A stretch of 60,413 nt of DNA, filler included. It is 6 parts of 6 records of this genome, joined end to end, with 100 filler letters (N's around TTAATTAATTAA, not from the genome) between each part and the next. Parts side by side here need not be neighbours in the genome. Positions count along the whole stretch, not along the records: positions 34,568 to 52,388 come from SRR20825006_3047; positions 52,489 to 60,413 come from SRR20825006_3051; 4 more parts are not named here. The stretch is one strand, 5' to 3'. The translations under genes and the position numbers were made by a program. Shown here piece after piece: positions 52,155 through 60,413 of this stretch. Each line of letters begins with the position of its first letter. The stretch's first letter is position 1. The notes below the pieces were generated by a model, which was not told where the DNA came from, did not search any database, and saw only the letters and a program-made list of their open reading frames with translations.

Positions 52155-52388
52155 TGTCCGGGGCCTGATTCTCCTTCATTCGAGACAACTTCGAGCCCTC
52201 GAGCACGACGCCAACGCTGGAGACAGACATGAGCACGGATTTACCTGACGAGATCAAGCGATGGACGGCAAAGAGGCGCACCGCCCTGGTCCTCGAACTT
52301 CTGCGCGGAGAGACCACGGTCCATGAGGCCGCGCAAGCACGACCTCAAGCCCGCGGACATCGAGCACTGGAAGGAGACCTTCCTGGCC
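52155..52388 (+). mobile_element. IS3-family element left end with frameshifted orfA (truncated)
   Basis: Begins TGTCCGGGG; orfA from 52229 reads IKRWTAKRRTALVLELLRGETTVHEAA and continues KHDLKPADIEHWKETFLA in another frame. Confidence 0.75.
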
Positions 52389-52488
52389 NNNNNNNNNNNN
52401 NNNNNNNNNNNNNNNNNNNNNNNNNNNNNNNNTTAATTAATTAANNNNNNNNNNNNNNNNNNNNNNNNNNNNNNNNNNNNNNNNNNNN
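52389..52488. other. Artificial contig spacer
   Basis: N-run containing TTAATTAATTAA. Confidence 0.98.
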
Positions 52489-55400
52489 GCGGCCATGGCC
52501 GCCTCCAGAGCCAGGCCGGATGAACTCATCCACTGGCTCGCCGTCGAGCGGCTCGCGCGCCGCGTCGGCGACATGGACGCGCTGATCGAGTCATTCCAGG
52601 CTCAGATCCGGCTTATCGATGACGCGACCATCCGCGCCCTCGTGCGCGAGCAATTCGCGCACACCCTGATCCTCTTCGAGGGAGAGGATGGCGAGCAGGA
52701 GGCTCGCCAGCAACTCGAGCGCGCGCTCCAGGACTCGGGTGATTGTCTTCCGGTCTTGCTCACGCTGGGGCAGGCGCGCGTTCGCAATGAGGATTGGGAT
52801 GGTGTGATGCGGTTGCGCTCCGCGCCATCTGTCGGAGAATCACAGGCGATCAACCCCGCGTGGCGCCGCGCGGACCTGCTCGAACGCATCGGCGGCGATC
52901 CTCGCGAGGTGCTCGCGCTCTATCGCTCCGCTCGCCACGAACACCCCGAGAGCGTGCACCTGTTTATGAGCATCGAGCGCTCGCTCGCCAGATTGGGGCA
53001 GTGGAGGGGGCTCGTGAACCTGTTCGATGGGACGCTTCGCGAGCAGCCCGAGTTCGCCGCGCGCCTCGAAGAGAATGGCATCGAACTCGCCGCCTCCAGG
53101 CTCGCCGTCGAGTCCTACCTGGAAGAGGTTCACAGGCCCAGCCTGGAGAGCCTGGAGCAGTACGCCGAGCGTCATGGCGTGATCGAAACCACGATGGACG
53201 AGCACGGCGCACATATCGATCCTCCTCGCGTGCTCGACGAACCGATCCTCTGGAAGCTCGTCGCCGCGCGCGTGCACAGAAAGCAGTGGGAGGAGGTCGA
53301 GGAGTTGCTCGAGCTCGTGGTCGCCTCTGGGCGCTCGCGCGGACTGCCCGAGCTCGAGGCGCGCGGTCAGCTCTGGATGATCTATCTCCTGGGGATCAAG
53401 CTTCGACAACCGCGACGCTGCAAGCCCGCGCTTCGGCGCCTCTTCGAAGTCGCCGCCTCTCCAACGCTTCGCCGCTTTGCCTTTCATGGGATGCTCAGGT
53501 TGGGCGACGAGGCATGGCTCGCGCAGCAGATCCTCGATCAACCCGAGCAACTCGACTCGTTGCTCGATGCATTGCGAACACACGAGGACGCGCGCGAAGG
53601 CATCGCGCCGATGCTCGCCGCCGAGCTGTTCGCGCGCGCTGGCGAATCCACCCGCGCGAGCAAGATGCTCAGGGATTGCCCCGCCGAGGACGAGGCAACG
53701 CGGGTTTACCTGAGCCAGCGTTCGCTAACCTGCGCGCTTCGCGCTCGCGACTGGGGCCTGGTCCACGAGCTGCTCGCCGCGCGAGAGCTCAACCAGGGAA
53801 TCCACGCCACACCGATCCGGCATCAGCTCAACGTGTGCCAGGATAACCCCGCCATCCCCGAGGATGTCGAGCCGGAGATCCTCGAGATCCTGGGCGCTGA
53901 TCCCTTACACGCCATCTCGCTGCTCGAGGCCGCGATCCGCACGAACTCCTGGGAGTTCGCGCGCGGGATGACTATCTCGATCACGCGCGCGTTCGCTCCC
54001 AGTCATGCTCCGATCGCCTCGTTCGCGCGTGTGCTCACCGTCATCATCTCGGAGTGGTTGCTTAAAGACCACGAGGGGACCTTGCGGCACGTGCGCGATT
54101 GGTCGGACATGGGCGGCGAGGGTGGGGGAGAGCTCGGCATCCTGCTCATGCTCTCGGCCTGGTACAGGGCCGCGCGCAGGTTGGGGAGAGAGGTCGATTC
54201 GGACACCATCGCCGAGACCATCCGCGATCTGTTCAATGACGCCACCGTCGCGCTCTTCGAGCAAGAGCTCCCCTTGAACAAGCGACCTCCCGAGGAGGTC
54301 GCCGCCTGGTATCGCTCGCGCGCAGATCACGCCACGGGCACCACGCGCGTGTACCTGCGCGTGAGCGGGGCATTGATTCCCTGGTTGCTTGGCCGAAGAG
54401 ATCGGAACGCCGCCGCTGATATCGCCGATGCCGTCGGGCTCGCTGATGATGTGCTCCATCTGATGACCTTCTTCGGCGTGCTGTCTCATCGCGAGATCGC
54501 GCAGCACGCCTCGGCGGAGCGCTACCTCGGCGCGCTGGCGCAGCAGCGCGATGTGTTGGGGTTGGCTCAGTGGGCTGGTGTGCGCGCGTTGTTCCACCTG
54601 GCGACGACGCAGAATTGCCCGGAAGATGCCGTGCGTCAGCTCAGAGAGGCGAGCGTGGATGCTGCCGAGGCGGCGCCCTGGCTCGCCGACTTTGGCGGGT
54701 TGCTCGTGCGCGCGCTCAGGCGGCCAGACGCGCTCGGTCCGCTCGAGGTGCTCGAGCGCCAGAGCGAGGGGGCCGCGCGCGCCGCACAGCTCGAGATCGC
54801 CGAGCTCACAAACGATCACGAGACCATCACGAACCTCGCCAACAGCCAGCTCCCCGCCGCCATGATCTTGGCGGAGGTGCGCGCGGCCAACGAGCGCAAG
54901 GATTGGCGACAGCGCAGCAACCTCGAGCTTCGCTACGCGGGGTTGCGTCAATCCTTGGTCAATGACTCCCAGGATATCATTCGCTTGCGGTTCCTCGATT
55001 TCATCTCCGAGATCGAGCCCGCGATCTTTGGCTCTCCCTGGGGGCCGATGCGGCTGATCGACGATGACCTCGGACGCCTCGGGTTGCCTTCCAAGGCGCT
55101 CGACACGTTGTGCGAGACGCTCGGTGAGGAGCCTTCGACGGGGATGATGTCCGTCTTGCGCCTGGGGATCGCGCAGCAACTCTTGCGCCTGGGGCGCGTG
55201 GACCGAGCGCGGGAGTTGTTTCCGAGCGAGCTCGGCGTCGACCTCATCTCGAGAGCGTGGTTCTGGTTCGGTTATCTCTTGCTCGATCCTCACGAGGAGG
55301 GCGCGCAGGTGACACCCGAAGGTGTCGCGCTCCAGCGTCGCTTCATGGAGCTCTGGCGAGCGCGCGCTCGGCGCGCGAGCGGTGAAACGCGCGCCGAGAT

Positions 55401-58400
55401 CCTCTACGAGGTCGCGCGCCTCGCCGAGGTCAGCAACGACGAGCAGATCGCTCGTGACCTGTATGAAGAGATCCTCGATTTACACCCGGCGTTTACTCCC
55501 GCCGAGATCGCCTGCTCTCGCTTGCTGCTGCTCGATGGGGATTGGAAAGGCGTGGCAGCGATCTGGGAGCGTTCGCTCGCGCGCACCGAATCCGAGATCG
55601 AGCAGATCGGGATCTCGTTCCGGCTCGGGTTTATCTACGAGCGTCGGCTCTCTCACCTGCCAAACGCGCTCCAACGCGCGCTCGATCACTACGCGCGTGT
55701 TGCATCACTGAGGTCGTCGAGCGCCGCAGCCCTGCATGCGATGGTTCGTATCGCGCAACAGCTCGGGCGCTATGATCTCGTGGCGGATTCGATCTCGAGT
55801 CTCATCCCGCTCTGCCTCGATCGCGATCTCAAGGCATCCTTCCACCTGGAGCTCGCGGCGCTCTACGAACAGGAGCTCGGCGCGCCGCAAGAGGCGCTAA
55901 GGCATTACCTCGACGCGCACTTCCTCGATCCTCACTCGCACGTGTCGCTCTATGGCACCTTGCGCACGGACGCGGATGGAGAGCGAGAGCACGCCGTCGA
56001 GGCGCTCTCGGAGCGCCTCGACGTGGCCACGGCGCGCGAGGCCGAGGAGCTCGGAGACCTGCTCTTCCTGCTCGGAGAGACGAGCCCTCGCGCTGAATAT
56101 CTGATGCGCCAACGGTTTGGCGAACACCTCGTCTGGCGATTGGTTCAGTTTGTCGATGGCATCGAACGCGGCGAGGTTCACGAGGAGGCGTTGCTCGTGA
56201 CCGTTGGCGCCGTGATGGAGCCACAGCTCAAGGAGATCTTTATCGCCATCGAGCGGGCGCACACATCATCGCGCCAACCGATGCTGGCTCGCGATGATCT
56301 CGCGCGCGACATCGGCACGAGGCCGACCTCGGAAGGAATGCTCGTGAGCACGATCGCGCGCGCATGGCGCGAGCGCGACATGGAGTCACTCGCGCAGCTC
56401 GCTTACCTCCAGGCAAGGCGCGCCAGAGGATCGCTCGAGGTGGGCACCGAGATGACGCGCGCGGCGATGATGATCCGATGGCTCGGGACCATCGAGGATT
56501 CGCTAGATTTGTGCGAGCGAGCGCTCGAGCGCTCGCACGACTTTTTGCCCGCCGTCAAGCTCGCCCGTCTGCTCGCCAGTGAGATCCCGAACTGGCCAGC
56601 GGTGGCCAGGTGGTGCGCTCGCGAGGCGGACTTGACGCGCGTGTCCTCGATCGCGCTCCGCGCTCGCGTCGAAGCGAGCGAGGTGCAACGTCGTCACATC
56701 GGTGACCTCGACGCGGCCATCGACCAGCTCGAGATCGTGGTCGCCAACGAACCTCATCACAGCGAGGCGTTCGAGAACCTGAAGACCTTGCTCATCCAGG
56801 CGCATCGCATCCCAGAGGCGCTCGAGATGTGCGAGCAACGCCTGACGCAGATCAAGGACAGGAACGTTCGCCTCGCCCAGCTCAACGAAATGGCAGACCT
56901 CGCGCTCAGCCACGGCCAGATGCCCGAGGCCGCGATCCGCTACCTCGCCGCGTCGATCTCGATCGAGCCCAGGCAGCTTCGCCGCCTGCGCATTCTCGCC
57001 GAACTCTACGACGCGCAAAGCCAGTATCAACAGGCGCTCGCCTGCTATGATGCTGCCACGCGCATCTCGCGCGACGAGCGCCTCAACGCGCGCATGTTGC
57101 TCCAGATGGGGCATATCCTCGAGCTCAAGCTCGGAGAGTTCGAGCCCGCAGCTCGCGCCTACGCGCGCGTCGTAGAGCTCGATCCTGATAACGCGCAGGC
57201 GCTCCAGGCGCTCGTGCGCGTGCGTCGCAATCGCGGTGATTTTCGCGGCGCGATGGAGGGCCTCGCGCGCATGGAGCGCCTTGCCAGGTCACCCGAAGAG
57301 CTACGCAAGGTGCGCACGTTGCGCCTCGAGGTCGCCGAGCAAGGGAACCTCCCCACGGATGTGATCCTCTCGGCGGCTTGTGATCTGATGGTTTATCACC
57401 CCACGCAGCTCCAGGCTGCGGATATCTTCCGCGAGCGCCTCATGAGCGCGAACCGCGCCGAGGAGCTCGACCTTCGCTTTCGCCAACTGCTCGACGCCAG
57501 CCTTCGAGAGCACACGACGCCCCCGTTGGGGGCTTACTTCGCGCTCGCGAGGCGTCTCGGATTGGATGACCTCTCGTATATGATCGCCGCCAGCGGCAGG
57601 TGGTTGAGGATGGCGAGCAGGGATATGCTCTCGTTCCACGACTCCGCTCGCCAGACCTACAGGTGGCCGCGAGAACCGATCCCCCTCGAGCTCACCACAG
57701 GGGTCTTGCCTCAAACCCTCTCGGTGGCGTTCTTCGAGATCATCCGGCGCACCCAGGAGGGATTGCTCGAAGCGTGCGAGCCGATCCCGTACTCGCAGTT
57801 CATCAAGCGTCGCTCGAGGCTCCAACAACCGACCTCTCCGGCTCAGGAACTCGCGTGGCGCTGGCCAAAGCTCTTCGGGCTGGAGCTGCGCGATGTCTAC
57901 AGCGTCAGTCAACTCCCCATGGGCAGCGCGATCGTCTGGGATGATGGCGTCAGGCTCCTGCTCGATCGATCCTGGGATAAGCAAGAGGATGCCTACAAGC
58001 TGCTCGTCAGATTGGGGATCCAGATGGCGGCCTGGTCGATGGGCATCGGTTACTGGAGCGCGCTCGGTCGCGAGGCGCAGGTGTCGCTCTTTGCCGAGAC
58101 GGTCGCGTCCGTGTCACCGAGTTGGTCGCCTCCTCCAAGGCCAAAGTTCCCATCGTGGTTCTCGCGAGAGAAGTGGAAGCGCTGGATGCAACGCACAGGA
58201 AGCGATCGGGTGGCACCCTATGCGTTGGAGCTCGCCAGCAGGATGGGGCCACGCGCCTTGCCATCGCAGTTCCTCTCACTGGAGCTGGCCATGGAGCGAC
58301 TCGCCTGCGTGATCCTCCCCGATCCTGCTCAGTACCTGAATCACACCGTGCGCTTTGGCGTCGAAAACGGCCCGGAGCATCGGCCATGGACGTTTGTCTT

Positions 58401-58449
58401 CGACCCGAGCGTCGCCAGCCTGCGCCGCGCCCTCGATATCTCGCTCTAA
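52489..58449 (+). CDS. Giant TPR-rich protein (probably 5' truncated)
   Basis: ORF of at least 1984 aa, open at the contig edge; all-helical with TPR units such as AARAYARVVELDPDNAQALQAL. Confidence 0.82.
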   Translation, partial: AAMAASRARPDELIHWLAVERLARRVGDMDALIESFQAQIRLIDDATIRALVREQFAHTLILFEGEDGEQEARQQLERALQDSGDCLPVLLTLGQARVRNEDWDGVMRLRSAPSVGESQAINPAWRRADLLERIGGDPREVLALYRSARHEHPESVHLFMSIERSLARLGQWRGLVNLFDGTLREQPEFAARLEENGIELAASRLAVESYLEEVHRPSLESLEQYAERHGVIETTMDEHGAHIDPPRVLDEPILWKLVAARVHRKQWEEVEELLELVVASGRSRGLPELEARGQLWMIYLLGIKLRQPRRCKPALRRLFEVAASPTLRRFAFHGMLRLGDEAWLAQQILDQPEQLDSLLDALRTHEDAREGIAPMLAAELFARAGESTRASKMLRDCPAEDEATRVYLSQRSLTCALRARDWGLVHELLAARELNQGIHATPIRHQLNVCQDNPAIPEDVEPEILEILGADPLHAISLLEAAIRTNSWEFARGMTISITRAFAPSHAPIASFARVLTVIISEWLLKDHEGTLRHVRDWSDMGGEGGGELGILLMLSAWYRAARRLGREVDSDTIAETIRDLFNDATVALFEQELPLNKRPPEEVAAWYRSRADHATGTTRVYLRVSGALIPWLLGRRDRNAAADIADAVGLADDVLHLMTFFGVLSHREIAQHASAERYLGALAQQRDVLGLAQWAGVRALFHLATTQNCPEDAVRQLREASVDAAEAAPWLADFGGLLVRALRRPDALGPLEVLERQSEGAARAAQLEIAELTNDHETITNLANSQLPAAMILAEVRAANERKDWRQRSNLELRYAGLRQSLVNDSQDIIRLRFLDFISEIEPAIFGSPWGPMRLIDDDLGRLGLPSKALDTLCETLGEEPSTGMMSVLRLGIAQQLLRLGRVDRARELFPSELGVDLISRAWFWFGYLLLDPHEEGAQVTPEGVALQRRFMELWRARARRASGETRAEILYEVARLAEVSNDEQIARDLYEEILDLHPAFTPAEIACSRLLLLDGDWKGVAAIWERSLARTESEIEQIGISFRLGFIYERRLSHLPNALQRALDHYARVASLRSSSAAALHAMVRIAQQLGRYDLVADSISSLIPLCLDRDLKASFHLELAALYEQELGAPQEALRHYLDAHFLDPHSHVSLYGTLRTDADGEREHAVEALSERLDVATAREAEELGDLLFLLGETSPRAEYLMRQRFGEHLVWRLVQFVDGIERGEVHEEALLVTVGAVMEPQLKEIFIAIERAHTSSRQPMLARDDLARDIGTRPTSEGMLVSTIARAWRERDMESLAQLAYLQARRARGSLEVGTEMTRAAMMIRWLGTIEDSLDLCERALERSHDFLPAVKLARLLASEIPNWPAVARWCAREADLTRVSSIALRARVEASEVQRRHIGDLDAAIDQLEIVVANEPHHSEAFENLKTLLIQAHRIPEALEMCEQRLTQIKDRNVRLAQLNEMADLALSHGQMPEAAIRYLAASISIEPRQLRRLRILAELYDAQSQYQQALACYDAATRISRDERLNARMLLQMGHILELKLGEFEPAARAYARVVELDPDNAQALQALVRVRRNRGDFRGAMEGLARMERLARSPEELRKVRTLRLEVAEQGNLPTDVILSAACDLMVYHPTQLQAADIFRERLMSANRAEELDLRFRQLLDASLREHTTPPLGAYFALARRLGLDDLSYMIAASGRWLRMASRDMLSFHDSARQTYRWPREPIPLELTTGVLPQTLSVAFFEIIRRTQEGLLEACEPIPYSQFIKRRSRLQQPTSPAQELAWRWPKLFGLELRDVYSVSQLPMGSAIVWDDGVRLLLDRSWDKQEDAYKLLVRLGIQMAAWSMGIGYWSALGREAQVSLFAETVASVSPSWSPPPRPKFPSWFSREKWKRWMQRTGSDRVAPYALELASRMGPRALPSQFLSLELAMERLACVILPDPAQYLNHTVRFGVENGPEHRPWTFVFDPSVASLRRALDISL

Positions 58450-58606
58450 ATATAGGTGTGCCCCTCGAACTTGCCGCGAATCTCGGGCTTCAGATGTGCA
58501 GCGTTCCTCGTCCTCGTCAAAGGATGTCTTCAGCAGCGTCCAGAGCCTCTCGCGTCGATGTTTGTCGAGGACCTCGTCATTCATCAGGCTTCGGAGCTCG
58601 CCGAAG

Positions 58607-59791
<1,185 letters not shown>

Positions 59792-59911
59792 CTACCTTGG
59801 CGTTTGCAGGCGCGGAGGGATGAGCCTCGACGGTGAGTTGTGGAGTGCTCGAAATTGTATCAACGAGTTCTTTCTTTTTGCACAAGAAAGAGACGGTGGA
59901 GAGGAGGCTAT

Positions 59912-60413
59912 ATGAAAACGCTCGAGGAGCTGCTCCGTTTGGACAAGACAATTCGCGTCATCGGGTTCGATGACGCTCCCTTCGAGAAGCGGCGAGGCGC
60001 GCCGGTGAACCTGGCGGGGATCGTCTGCGCGCAGGTTCGGTTCGAGGGGATGCTCTGGGGAGAGATCAAGCGGGATGGAGATGGCGCGACCGACGCCATC
60101 ATCGAGCTGCTCGGCAACAGCAAGTTCGCCGACCAGGTGCACATCATCCTCACCGACGGGCTCGCCTTCGGAGGCTTTAACCTGATCGACTTGCCCAGGC
60201 TCGCCGAGGCGCTCGGGCGCCCCTGCGTCGCGGTGATGCGCAAGCTCCCTGACATGGACGCGATCGATCGCGCGCTCGAGAACTTCGAGGACGCCGAGCG
60301 CCGCCGCGAGCTCATCGCGCGCGCTGGCGAGATCTATCACCACGAGCCCTTCTACTTCCAGGTCGCTGGCGCCAACCCCGAGGTGGTCGGTCAGGCGCTC
60401 GAGCGCCTGACCG
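59912..60413 (+). CDS. DUF99 family (endonuclease V-like) protein (3' truncated)
   Basis: GAGGAG RBS; manual translation shows RVIGFDDAPF, DGDGATD and DGLAFGGFNLIDL. Not in the ORF track. Confidence 0.88.
   Translation, partial: MKTLEELLRLDKTIRVIGFDDAPFEKRRGAPVNLAGIVCAQVRFEGMLWGEIKRDGDGATDAIIELLGNSKFADQVHIILTDGLAFGGFNLIDLPRLAEALGRPCVAVMRKLPDMDAIDRALENFEDAERRRELIARAGEIYHHEPFYFQVAGANPEVVGQALERLT

Overview
The window is not one locus. It is six separately assembled contigs joined by 100-nt spacers (N...TTAATTAATTAA...N), so synteny holds only within a contig. Taxonomy below is inferred from gene content and protein style. (1) 1-12577, Rhodobacteraceae-like housekeeping: PBP1A, amidase, aminotransferase, BepA-like protease with DsbA, ispG, rodZ, hemA and an M20 peptidase. 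(2) 12678-20738, alphaproteobacterial: 5' part of rnpB, a coupled SnoaL/GNAT/nitrilase triad, and a denitrification cluster nirK-nirV-nnrS-pseudoazurin-nnrR-DUF1858-norC-norB' with three NnrR-type boxes. (3) 20839-28637, gammaproteobacterial: a DUF692 (MNIO)/DUF2063 pair with no visible precursor, hrpA and fadD. (4) 28738-34467, Opitutales-like: mfd, SurA-like PPIase, S26-like lipoprotein, ThuA, radC and a PocR regulator. (5) 34568-52388, Myxococcota/Bradymonadales-like: an IS-bounded island of exported proteins. (6) 52489-60413, Myxococcota/Bradymonadales-like: a giant TPR protein, a GAF histidine kinase with a degenerate ATP-binding domain, and DUF99. The best candidate for an undescribed system is the gene pair at 39996-52026. 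A 1877-aa lipoprotein with a coiled-coil / Cys-clamped beta-hairpin / coiled-coil C-terminal half precedes a signal-peptide-bearing 2109-aa SpvB/TcB-like + FG-GAP + RHS + HINT + putative nuclease protein. No immunity gene is visible. This may be a non-canonical, Sec-exported, lipid-anchored Tc-like toxin delivery machine.
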